Shown in pieces: positions 18,530-27,299 of a stretch of 64,000 nucleotides of DNA; positions within the stretch are counted from its first letter, which is position 1; every line of letters starts with the position of its first letter. Below the pieces are notes generated by a model. It saw only the letters and a program-made list of their open reading frames with translations, was not told the DNA's origin and did no database searches. A program made the translations under genes and the position numbers. The stretch lies in assembly GCA_963817525.1 (NCBI GenBank), contig CAWFOU010000001.1, forward strand, positions 416,001 to 480,000, given 5' to 3'. This DNA is from an uncultured archaeon (lineage in GTDB: Archaea; Thermoproteota; Nitrososphaeria; Nitrososphaerales; Gagatemarchaeaceae).

Positions 18530-20178
18530 TTGAACTCCACTCCGAACCTCTCCACACGCCTCAGGAGCCGCCTCCAGACCAGACGCTCTAATAGGATTAC
18601 TATCCCCGACATTATGAACAAGAAGAAGATGACGAGCGGGATGTCGCCCAGCACGTAGGCGGCGTTGTCCAGAAGATAGCCGAGGCCCGGCAGGACGTAG
18701 GGCGTGCTCTGCCCGGCCAGCTGCACGTACTCCGAGTAGATCACCACGTTCCACCCGCCGCCCCAAGCCAAGAGGGAGCCGGTGATGAACGCGGGGAGCA
18801 CTGCGGGAAGGATTATGTCGGTGACCCGTCTCCATCCCTGCACGCTGAAGATCGACGAGACCTCCAGGAGCTCAGCCGGGAGGGCGCGGGCCGCCGTGAC
18901 GACGTTGAAGAGGAGGTACCAGACCATCGCGAGCATGAGGAGGATGAAGGACGCTATCTCCTGGCTTATCCCCGCCGAGAGATACCCGTGCAGGGTGACG
19001 AAGAGCGGGAGGAAGATCGCGAGGTACGGGACCGACCTCCCCAGGTCGTAGAGAGGGTAGAAGTAACGATAGAAGTTCTTCTTGGTCACGGCCAGGACTG
19101 CGCACGTGAGGGAGATGGCCACGCAGGTGATGTAGGCGGCGAACAGCCTTCCTACCGTGAAGAGGGAGTAGAGTGGGACGTTCTCCAGCTGTCCGCCCGG
19201 CTTGGTGAGGGCCGAGACGAACCTTTGGAGCCCGCCTATGGGTAGGTGGGCGTAGACCAAGAACCCCACCAGTAGGAGGACGACGATGAAGAGCGCGGCG
19301 AGCACCCTGGTGCTTATCTGGTCGGAGACCCGGACCATCTGCGAGACCTGTCTCACTCGGAGCCCGAATATCCGTCTGAAACGCCTCCGGATCCCCAGGG
19401 GTGATTGGAGGTCCGGTCTTACTATGCTCGCCAACATCGGCTTGTGTGCGGCCACCCTGTTCTGGAGGTTGTGCCAGATGAGCTGGTTAGAGATGAAGAT
19501 GATCTCCCCCATGATCAGCACGCCATACCAGGAGTCGATGACGTGACCCTGCTGCGTCGCGAACTCTATGTAGGAGCCGAGGCCGGTGACGGTGTAAGTC
19601 GTCAGCGTCCCTGCGCTGTTGGCGAATTGGACGAACTCGGCCGCGACATCGAACGTCCAGCCATCGTTCCAGGCGAGTACCGATGCCGACAGGAGGGCGG
19701 GCAGCACGGCGGGGAGGACGACGTATCTGAGGTGGTTGGAGCCCGTGAAGCCATAGCCGCGGGCCGCCTCTTCGACCGAGCTCGGGATGTTCTTGACCGC
19801 TCCCACAACTCCGAAGAAAATGTCCCACTCCATTGCGGTGAATAGGAGGAAGTCCGCGCCTATCTCGTTTCCAACGCCGTGAGGGAACGCGATTATCAGG
19901 AAGGTCAGCACAACCGGAAAATACCCGAGGATGGGCACGCTCTGCCCGATGTCGAACAGGGGGACGAGGACTCGTTCTGCGTGTCTGTTCGTGGCCGCGA
20001 GGATCCCGAAGGCCAGCCCCACGCCCAGGGATATGAAATAAACGATCGCTATGCGTCCGATTGAGAGAAGCGCGTAGTAGGGGATGTCCATGACGGCGGG
20101 AGCGCCCAGGAAATGCACCCCGAGGAGGTACGTCGCAGCTAGGACAACGATGGCCGCCAGAGCTCGCAGGCCGCGCAC
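18526..20178 (-). CDS. ABC transporter permease with duplicated TM domains (anion-transport type)
   Basis: Two permease modules (DIGQSVPILGYFP...EEAARGYG; DLGRSVPYLAIF...ELLEVSSIFS). Confidence 0.85.
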   Translation of the reverse strand: MRGLRALAAIVVLAATYLLGVHFLGAPAVMDIPYYALLSIGRIAIVYFISLGVGLAFGILAATNRHAERVLVPLFDIGQSVPILGYFPVVLTFLIIAFPHGVGNEIGADFLLFTAMEWDIFFGVVGAVKNIPSSVEEAARGYGFTGSNHLRYVVLPAVLPALLSASVLAWNDGWTFDVAAEFVQFANSAGTLTTYTVTGLGSYIEFATQQGHVIDSWYGVLIMGEIIFISNQLIWHNLQNRVAAHKPMLASIVRPDLQSPLGIRRRFRRIFGLRVRQVSQMVRVSDQISTRVLAALFIVVLLLVGFLVYAHLPIGGLQRFVSALTKPGGQLENVPLYSLFTVGRLFAAYITCVAISLTCAVLAVTKKNFYRYFYPLYDLGRSVPYLAIFLPLFVTLHGYLSAGISQEIASFILLMLAMVWYLLFNVVTAARALPAELLEVSSIFSVQGWRRVTDIILPAVLPAFITGSLLAWGGGWNVVIYSEYVQLAGQSTPYVLPGLGYLLDNAAYVLGDIPLVIFFLFIMSGIVILLERLVWRRLLRRVERFGVEFN

Positions 20179-20236
20179 GACGAGATACCTGGGGTCTGCG
20201 CGCCTAGCTTGACGTTATAGGGATTTCCTGTGTTGC

Positions 20237-20740
20237 TCACGCGATGTAAGAGGTGCTCGAGGTGTCGAACTTCTTGACCGTCTCGAAGCTCCCGTTGTCC
20301 CTGAACATCGCGAACTCCGTGATCTCTGGGAAGAACTTGTCCAGCGAGCTCACTGCCATCTCCCCGGCGATGTGGTCCCTCCCAACGTAGGCCTCGGTGA
20401 CCCTCTTAGAGAGCTCCCTCACCTGGGCGTCGTCCTCGAAGCCGAGTGTGTGCAGGTACTCGTGGAGGAGTATCATGAAGGTGTACGCGTTCCGCGTCCT
20501 CTTCGACTCCGTCGACCTCCAGACGATCTTCATGATGTTCCTGTTCATCACAATGGCGTTGGAGCCCATCTCGTGGTAGGCCCCGACCTGGTTGGGTATG
20601 TCCCCCAAAACCAAGGTCAGCCCTGCCCGGTGAACGCCGAGGACCTGGTCGACGGCCTTCTTGACCAGCTCGAAGATCTCGTCGAAGCCGTTCGCGGACG
20701 CCAGCTTCCTCTCGTTCTCACGCCACTCGATATCAGTCAT
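20237..20740 (-). CDS. Conserved archaeal protein with HEXXH zinc-metallopeptidase-like motif
   Basis: LLHEYLHTLG. Confidence 0.65.
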   Translation of the reverse strand: MTDIEWRENERKLASANGFDEIFELVKKAVDQVLGVHRAGLTLVLGDIPNQVGAYHEMGSNAIVMNRNIMKIVWRSTESKRTRNAYTFMILLHEYLHTLGFEDDAQVRELSKRVTEAYVGRDHIAGEMAVSSLDKFFPEITEFAMFRDNGSFETVKKFDTSSTSYIA

Positions 20741-20785
20741 GCGCTACAGAGTTTTCGAGGGGGTCCCGTATAAGCTATTCCTCGC

Positions 20786-21664
20786 CTACAGCGAGGAGCG
20801 CCCGCAGCTGGGGCAGAAGGTAGCTCCCCCCAGCTTGGCGCCGCAGTACTTGCACTTGTCGGGCTCGGGCTTGGGCTCGAGGTTCTTGATGGAGCGGCCG
20901 CCGAGAAACACGGCCAGTTCGAGCAGTGTGATTATGGGGATGAACAGGATTATGTCGAGGATGGGCCCTCCGTCCGGGGTGATGATTGCCGTCGCTATGT
21001 AGACGATCACCCAGATGATCACTCTGTTCTTCGTGAAGGTCTGGGGACTGAGGACCCTGAAGCGGATGAGCGCGAAGACGTAGACGGGGGTCGTGAAGGC
21101 CACCCCGCTCATCCCGATGACGAGGAAGACGATGAAGTAGAAGTTCGAGACGTCGATGAGAGGCAGTGCCTGCGCGGTCGCGAAGAAGGGCGAGATGGCG
21201 ATGAAGAGGAACTTGGCCAGCAGGAAGTAGCCGAAGAGGACCCCGACCGCGAAGAGCGCCGACGACGACACGACGAAGGGGTAGAGGAGGCCCTTCTCCC
21301 TCTCGGTCAGCGCGGGTGTGATGAACTTCATCGTCTCGTAGGCGAAGATGGGGCCGTTGAAGACGGCCGCCAGGATCACGGAGGCGACAAGGTACACCAT
21401 GAGGGGCTCGCTGAGGTTGCTGGCGATCAGCGTCCAGCCGGCGGGCAGGAGGTCGAGTTTCACCCTTGCGAGGAAGAAGGCCACGAAGGGGACGTATGTC
21501 CCGGTGAAGGTGATGGCCTTGGAAGGCTCGGCGGGAGCCAACATCAAGATCGCGAGGAGGACTACGTAGCTGAGGAAGGCGACTTTCATCCGGTGCTTGA
21601 GCTCGCCGATGTGCTCGCCGATGTTGAGGGACTCGCCGCTCACCGGATCGCCCCTTTCAGGCAA
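20786..21664 (-). CDS. tatC: Twin-arginine translocase TatC with C-terminal zinc ribbon
   Basis: EHIGELKHR, FITPALTERE, AIITPDGG; tail CKYC..CPSC. Confidence 0.9.
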   Translation of the reverse strand: MPERGDPVSGESLNIGEHIGELKHRMKVAFLSYVVLLAILMLAPAEPSKAITFTGTYVPFVAFFLARVKLDLLPAGWTLIASNLSEPLMVYLVASVILAAVFNGPIFAYETMKFITPALTEREKGLLYPFVVSSSALFAVGVLFGYFLLAKFLFIAISPFFATAQALPLIDVSNFYFIVFLVIGMSGVAFTTPVYVFALIRFRVLSPQTFTKNRVIIWVIVYIATAIITPDGGPILDIILFIPIITLLELAVFLGGRSIKNLEPKPEPDKCKYCGAKLGGATFCPSCGRSSL

Positions 21665-21793
21665 CCCACAGCGGGGAGGATGTGAGAGAGGACCTCGCCT
21701 CGGCTGGCGGTCAAGCGTTGGCGACCTAGGAACTTCTCGATTTAAACGATTGAAACTCTATTTTCAGGCGCGGAGGGCTCGACGAGGCATGCG

Positions 21794-22075
21794 CTAGGTT
21801 CCGGCCGTCTTGCGGACGATTTCAGCGGAGATCTGCTCCCTGGTCTTGCCCTCAGTGGAGATTCCAAGCTTCCTCGCAGCCACCATGAGGTCGTCCTCTG
21901 CGTTGGTCGCCCCCGCCATGCCGGCGCCGGCCGCCTGAGGAGTGGATGCCGCTCCCGCGTTGAACTCCTTCTTGGCCGAGCCCAGCGCCCGCGCGAGTTC
22001 GGGGATCCTCTTTGGTCCCATGACCACTACGACGACTATGATGATTCCTATAATCACCAGCTCTATAGGGTCCAT
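21794..22075 (-). CDS. tatA: Twin-arginine translocase TatA/E
   Basis: TM helix plus GPKRIPELARALG, adjacent to tatC. Confidence 0.9.
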   Translation of the reverse strand: MDPIELVIIGIIIVVVVVMGPKRIPELARALGSAKKEFNAGAASTPQAAGAGMAGATNAEDDLMVAARKLGISTEGKTREQISAEIVRKTAGT

Positions 22076-22200
22076 TCTTGCGAAACGTCCGCGCGGAGCT
22101 ATTTACGCTTTGCGAGCGGGAATAATGCTACAGCCATCCGTGCTTGGTCGTCCGATGCAGACAGAAGACTTATCACGACCACGAAAAGGCTGCGATTTTG

Positions 22201-23094
22201 ATGAGCTCCGTAGTCTCCACCGTGAAGCTCTACTGGGAGCTCTCCAAACCGAAGATCATCATGCTGCTGGTCTTCACCGGCATCGCCGGGATGCTCGTGG
22301 CCTACAAGGAAGTGCACCCTACCCCCTCGCCGGACTCGCTATTCGCGTCGTTGGCGGTGGGTTTTGTCGCCATCCTGCTAGGCTCGATGGGGGCCGAGGT
22401 GCTCACGAACTATCACGACCGAGACATCGACAGCATGCTGAAGCGGACGCACAACCGCCCGATCCCCTCAGGCAGGGTCACGCCGCGCAACGCCCTGATT
22501 TTCGGGCTGGTGACCTCCGTGCTCTCCGTCCTGCTGTGCCTTTACTTCAACCCGCTCGCCGCTGGCTGCATGCTGTTCGGCCTGGTGGACAATGTCGGTG
22601 TCTATTCGCTTTGGCTCAAGCGGAGGAGCTGGCTCAACATCATCCTAGGGGGCATCTCGGGCGGGATGCCGGTTCTGGTAGGATACACCGCCATCGCTGA
22701 CACGATCACGCCCCTTGCTCTCTTCATGTCCGCCCTGGTGATAGTATGGATTCCCACGCACATCTGGAGCCTGGCCATCAAGGAGAGGGAGGAGTACAGG
22801 GCCGCGAAGATACCGATGCTCCCGGTAATCGTCAGCGAGAGGGTGGCCACGGTCTGCATCGCGATAACCAGCTCACTCCTGGTCGTCTTCTCCCTGGCAA
22901 TCCTCTTTGTGCCCAACGCGGCGAGCCTCTTCTACATCGTGTCCGCCGCGGCGCTGGGGGCCGTGATATTGGGCTACAGCGTGAAGCTGGTCATAGACAA
23001 GACCACCAAGACGGCGTGGACCCTGTTCAAGCTCTCGAGCCCCTATCTCACCGTCATCTTCATAGTCATCGTCCTGAACATCTGGCTGTTCTGA
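22201..23094 (+). CDS. ctaB: Protoheme IX farnesyltransferase (heme o synthase)
   Basis: ELSKPKI, DRDIDSMLKRTHNRPIPSG, YSLWLKRRS, WIPTHIWSL; start set at ATG 22201. Confidence 0.92.
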   Translation: MSSVVSTVKLYWELSKPKIIMLLVFTGIAGMLVAYKEVHPTPSPDSLFASLAVGFVAILLGSMGAEVLTNYHDRDIDSMLKRTHNRPIPSGRVTPRNALIFGLVTSVLSVLLCLYFNPLAAGCMLFGLVDNVGVYSLWLKRRSWLNIILGGISGGMPVLVGYTAIADTITPLALFMSALVIVWIPTHIWSLAIKEREEYRAAKIPMLPVIVSERVATVCIAITSSLLVVFSLAILFVPNAASLFYIVSAAALGAVILGYSVKLVIDKTTKTAWTLFKLSSPYLTVIFIVIVLNIWLF

Positions 23095-24347
23095 CCTCTG
23101 CCCAGCCTAAGGAAGCGTCTGCATAGTGGTGATTAAATACTGACCACGACTTTATGGACGTGAGAGTCGTAAAGGGAGTCAAGTTCGCCTATACGGCGAC
23201 TCCTCAATCTCGAGAACTCCTTTCCACGTTCAGGGATATGGTCAACGACGCAATCCGAATCTGCCTTGCGGAGAACATCGAGGGACGATTGAAGCTCAGG
23301 GACAGAATCTACAAGGATCTTCAAGATCGATGTGGCGCCGTCTCCTGCCTCCCATACGCCGTCGCTGAAGTCGCCTGGTCAATCGTCAAGAAGCACAAGA
23401 ATTGGCATAGGAAGCCCCATGCGAAAAGGTTGATGTTCAAGATGGACGCCGCAAACATCACACTCAATTACTCCATCCTCTCCCTCCCCTTTAGAAAGGG
23501 AGAGCGGATTCTGATCCCCTTGCGATACGGCGAGTATCAAAGGTCATTCCTGATGGACAAGACGCTCAAGCGTGGCTCCGTCACGATGACGGAGTCGTCA
23601 ATCGTCATCGCCTTCTCGAAGGAGCCTGTAATTGCAGAACCGTCGAGGAAGGTCGGCTACGACCTCAACGAGAAATCAATCGTTGGAAGCGACGGGACTA
23701 CGCACGACCTTTCTGAGGTCGCTCGCCTCCACACCCTCTATGGGATAAGGCGCGCCAAGTTCTACGAGAGACATCCCAATGACAAGCGTCTGAAGAAGAA
23801 GTTCGCAGGCTCTCGAAGAGAGAAGGAGCGCGTGACCCAAGCCCTCCACAGGGTCTCGACGCTGATAGTGGAGAAGGCGAGGGCGAACAAGGAGGCGATC
23901 GTCCTCGAGAATCTCAAAGGCATCAGATATGTCCACCAGAAGAGGAACGGAGAAAGAAGGGGGACTCGCCGAAGAATCGCCTTGTGGCCGTTCCACCAGC
24001 TGCAATCATACATCGAGTACAAAGCAAGGTGGGCCGGAGTCCCGCTCGAGTACGTCTCTGCAGCTTACACTTCGAAGACGTGCAACCTCTGCGGGTACCT
24101 CAACAGAAAGCTGAAGGCAACTGATAGAAGCTGGCGATGCCCTAATTGTGGTGCCATGCTCGACCGCGACCCCAACTCTGCCATAAACATCGAGCGTCGC
24201 GGGAAGATAAGATGTCTGGGTGAGGCTCACCCAGAAGCGCGGGGCACAGATGAAGCAGTGAAGGGGAACGAGACGACGAAGGCTCGAATCCTCCAAGCCG
24301 AAGCCCTGGAGTCTGGCCTACAACATCTCCCGTAGACCGGACAGAGT
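23095..24347 (+). mobile_element. TnpB-only (IS1341-like) element, ends approximate
   Basis: tnpB without tnpA; hairpins in the 3' region (24215-24235, 24312-24341) consistent with omegaRNA/right end. Confidence 0.55.
23154..24335 (+). CDS. tnpB: TnpB RNA-guided endonuclease (IS200/IS605 family)
   Basis: RuvC D/E/D intact (GYDLN, VLENL, DRD), zinc finger CNLC..CPNC, YIEYKA. Confidence 0.9.
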   Translation: MDVRVVKGVKFAYTATPQSRELLSTFRDMVNDAIRICLAENIEGRLKLRDRIYKDLQDRCGAVSCLPYAVAEVAWSIVKKHKNWHRKPHAKRLMFKMDAANITLNYSILSLPFRKGERILIPLRYGEYQRSFLMDKTLKRGSVTMTESSIVIAFSKEPVIAEPSRKVGYDLNEKSIVGSDGTTHDLSEVARLHTLYGIRRAKFYERHPNDKRLKKKFAGSRREKERVTQALHRVSTLIVEKARANKEAIVLENLKGIRYVHQKRNGERRGTRRRIALWPFHQLQSYIEYKARWAGVPLEYVSAAYTSKTCNLCGYLNRKLKATDRSWRCPNCGAMLDRDPNSAINIERRGKIRCLGEAHPEARGTDEAVKGNETTKARILQAEALESGLQHLP

Positions 24348-24380
24348 CTAAATAAGCGTCGCATCTTTACACCGCCTCCG

Positions 24381-24618
24381 CTTGACGTGCCGCCCTTCTT
24401 CCATGAGGAAGGATTCCACTGGATGAGGGTTCCTTCCTGGACGACCACAAAAGGGTAGTAAGCCCAACTCATGCCCCGGAATCACAGTAAAGGGCACGCT
24501 CGTAATCCGCTGGTCGCAAGGGCAGCCTGTCGCGCTGTGAAATCCGGGATGACCCAATGGAGGGTTGGAGGCAAACTCCAACCACCTAAGAGGGAGAATA
24601 GGGTTGGCTACGCCAGGC
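24381..24618 (+). ncRNA. Candidate structured ncRNA of unknown class
   Basis: Several nested helices with GNRA-like loops in a non-coding gap behind a TATA-like ctaaataag (see findings). Confidence 0.4.
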
Positions 24619-24699
24619 CTAAGTTTACGGAGCCCTGCATCAACAATTGTTGAGCCCGCCTCTTCTAAGGCCCATGCTCGTCACTCAGCCCAACACGCG

Positions 24700-25428
24700 A
24701 TGGAAAGCCTCGAGCACCGGCCCAGAGGACTTGCTAGCTTGGTTTCCAGAGCGGATGCTGTGGCCCTGGTCGCGACACTGCCCCAGAACAACAGCGAATA
24801 CGCGTCCGCGGCGGCCCAGGCTGGTGCCGACGCCATAATGGTCGGAATAGACAAGACCGACACCTCGCTGCCTGGCCTCTTCGGCAGCTTCGATCTCATG
24901 GAGGAGTCGATCGATTCCATCCTGAGCACGACCAGCGTCCCTGTCGGCATATCGATCGGGGACTCGAGGCCGTTGATCGAGGAGAACTGGGAGAGGATAG
25001 TCTCAAAGCCGTTCGAGTTCGTGAACATGTTCGCCCACCACATGCCTCCCTTCGTCCTTGAGGACGAGAGGATAGAGAAGCTGGTCTCGATCGGCTCGGG
25101 GTACATGCTCGAGCAGGTCAAGAGCCTCTCCGAGATAGAAGGCGTGACCGCCCTCGAGGCCGCGATCGTCGCGCCCCAGGGGAGGAACCACATCTTCAGC
25201 GCGCTCGACCTCGCCACCCTTGGAGTGCTTACCAGCCTCTCCACGAAGCCCGTCCTGATGAGGACCCAGAAGAAGATGGGCCCAAAGGACATCAAAAGCG
25301 CGATGAGGTCGGGGGTGCGCGGAATAAGCGTCGACGCAGCCGCCCTCGAGCCCGGGATCGAAGCATATAGGGACGCCATTCTGACCTTCAGGTCTCAAGT
25401 GAATCCCCCTGCCCAATCCCAATCGTAA
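24700..25428 (+). CDS. Hypothetical protein, probable TIM-barrel (ribulose-phosphate-binding-like) fold
   Basis: ALVATLPQN..AAAQAGADAIMV, VPVGISIG, GVRGISV alternating beta/alpha pattern; start at ATG 24700. Confidence 0.55.
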   Translation: MESLEHRPRGLASLVSRADAVALVATLPQNNSEYASAAAQAGADAIMVGIDKTDTSLPGLFGSFDLMEESIDSILSTTSVPVGISIGDSRPLIEENWERIVSKPFEFVNMFAHHMPPFVLEDERIEKLVSIGSGYMLEQVKSLSEIEGVTALEAAIVAPQGRNHIFSALDLATLGVLTSLSTKPVLMRTQKKMGPKDIKSAMRSGVRGISVDAAALEPGIEAYRDAILTFRSQVNPPAQSQS

Positions 25429-25444
25429 GGCCCCGGTCAAGGCC

Positions 25445-26140
25445 GTGATACTGTGCGGGGGACTCGGCACCAGGCTGAGGCCTTACACGCTCTTTCTTCC
25501 AAAGCCTATGCTCCCTGTGGGCCCAAAGCCCATCCTGGAGCACATACTCGACTGGCTGAAGGCCAACGGCATCACCGACGTCGTGATAGCGACCGGGTAC
25601 CTGGGGAGGTACATCGAGCAGTACTTCGGGGAGGGGGGTGACTTTGGTATGCGGATCGAGTACGCCCGCTCCGACAAGCCCCTGGGCCACGCCGGGCAGC
25701 TAAAGTCGGCGGAGAAGCTCCTGCCCGAGACCTTCCTCTGCCTCTACGGCGACGCGATCCTCGACTTTGACCTCAAGAAGCTGCTCGAGTTCCACGCAAA
25801 GAAGAGGGCCTTCGTCACGATGGCCATCATGAAGTTTGAGACCCAGATGAAGTACGGGGTGATCTCCACCAACGCGCAAGGGCGGATCTCAAGGTGGAAG
25901 GAAAAGCCGGTGATCGCCAGCGACATCAACGTGGGCTGCTACGTGATCGAGAAGAAGTTCCTCGGCTACATACCCAGAGGAGAAGTGTACGGGATGAAGG
26001 AGGCCTTCAGGAGCGCGATGAAGGACGACAAGCCGGTCTACGCCCTCAGGGTGAAGGGGGAGTTCACCGACATCGGAGACATCGCGGCCCACAAGGAAGC
26101 CGACAAGGCCTACATCGCGCGATACGGAAAGATACCCTGA
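25445..26140 (+). CDS. Sugar-phosphate nucleotidyltransferase
   Basis: ILCGGLGTRLRPYT..PKPMLP, PLGHAGQL, YGD, EKP, DIG; true start probably slightly upstream. Confidence 0.9.
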   Translation: MILCGGLGTRLRPYTLFLPKPMLPVGPKPILEHILDWLKANGITDVVIATGYLGRYIEQYFGEGGDFGMRIEYARSDKPLGHAGQLKSAEKLLPETFLCLYGDAILDFDLKKLLEFHAKKRAFVTMAIMKFETQMKYGVISTNAQGRISRWKEKPVIASDINVGCYVIEKKFLGYIPRGEVYGMKEAFRSAMKDDKPVYALRVKGEFTDIGDIAAHKEADKAYIARYGKIP

Positions 26141-26247
26141 CCTCCGGCGCCGCTGCGGGGCGGCAGGGATGTATCGGCGCTGCGTTTAATACCGATGGCA
26201 AAGGACAAACGCGCGCAAATCTAGGATACCACGAGTGCCCATAAACG

Positions 26248-27297
26248 ATGCCACAGGACCCACTATCTCCGCAAGCAATAGCGCGAGCGGACCCGAAGAA
26301 CATCTATCGAGTGTTTGAGGCCTGGCCGCGGTTCGCGGAGCAGGAGTCCTCACTCTCGGTCGAGGTCGGGTCTCGCCATTTCGACCGCGTCATCTACGTT
26401 GCGAACGGGGGCTCCGCCTCTGCGGGGGACATCATCGCAGACTGGTTCTTGGCCTCCGGCGGCGTGGAGGTTAGCGTCTTCAAGGGCTACCTCCCGAAGG
26501 TCAACCTCGCAAGGGCGTTCGTCCTGGTCTGCAGCACCTCAGGAAGCACCGAGGAGACCATCCTGCTCATGAGGAGGCTCGCCCTCAAGAAGGCGGCCAT
26601 GGTCGCGATCTCTTCGGGCGGTAAGCTCCAACAGCTCGCCATGGAGCTGAAGGTGCCGCACATCACTATCCCCATCGAGATGGCCCCCCGGTACTCCCTG
26701 CCCCACGTGCTCTTCGCGGCCATCGCGGCCCTTCGGAGCGCGGGGCTCGTGGGTGAGAAGAAGTGGCGGGAGGTGCGGGATGCCATCGAGTGCATGAAGA
26801 AGGTCGCGCCCTCGCTCGCCTCGAACTCCCCCATATCGCAGAACCCATCGAAGCAGTGTGCCCAACTGGTCGCCCCTTCCGGTGTCCTTCCCAAGATCTA
26901 CGGCTCTTCGGTGACCAAGAGCGTCGCGGAGCGGTTCAAGACCTGCCTCAACGAGAACGCCAAGATGAACGCGGCGTGGGACTCCGGTCCGGAGCTATTC
27001 CACAACGAGGTAGAATGCTGGGAGACGCCCGAGAGGAAGATGGTCCCGATATTCCTCCGTCACACCGCCGAGCCGAAGTACGAGAGGATGAGGTTCGACT
27101 CGTTCATCGACATCCTGGGCATGAAGGGGATAAGGAGCCTTGAGATATGGGGCAAGGGGAAGGGCAACCTGGCGCAGCTCATCACTCTTGACTACCAGAC
27201 CGATTTTGCGACCTACTACGCCGCGATACTCCGGGGGGTCGACCCCTCGAGCATCAAGCTCATCGACAGGCTAAAGTCGACGGTCGCCGGCCCCTAG
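26248..27297 (+). CDS. Bifunctional phosphoglucose/phosphomannose isomerase (SIS domains)
   Basis: GGSA..GD, SGSTEET, PRYSLP, RFKTCLNENAK, PELFHNEV. Confidence 0.85.
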   Translation: MPQDPLSPQAIARADPKNIYRVFEAWPRFAEQESSLSVEVGSRHFDRVIYVANGGSASAGDIIADWFLASGGVEVSVFKGYLPKVNLARAFVLVCSTSGSTEETILLMRRLALKKAAMVAISSGGKLQQLAMELKVPHITIPIEMAPRYSLPHVLFAAIAALRSAGLVGEKKWREVRDAIECMKKVAPSLASNSPISQNPSKQCAQLVAPSGVLPKIYGSSVTKSVAERFKTCLNENAKMNAAWDSGPELFHNEVECWETPERKMVPIFLRHTAEPKYERMRFDSFIDILGMKGIRSLEIWGKGKGNLAQLITLDYQTDFATYYAAILRGVDPSSIKLIDRLKSTVAGP

Positions 27298-27299
27298 CG

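Noticed and set aside
23154-24335. Catalytically dead TnpB (TldR-like) or Cas12f
   Set aside because: RuvC acidic triad appears intact in both TnpBs and there is no CRISPR array nearby
24381-24618. RNase P or SRP RNA assignment
   Set aside because: gaggaaggattcc only loosely resembles P4 and is sequestered in a hairpin; no CR-V ACAGAA..GGCUUA or SRP helix-8 motif found
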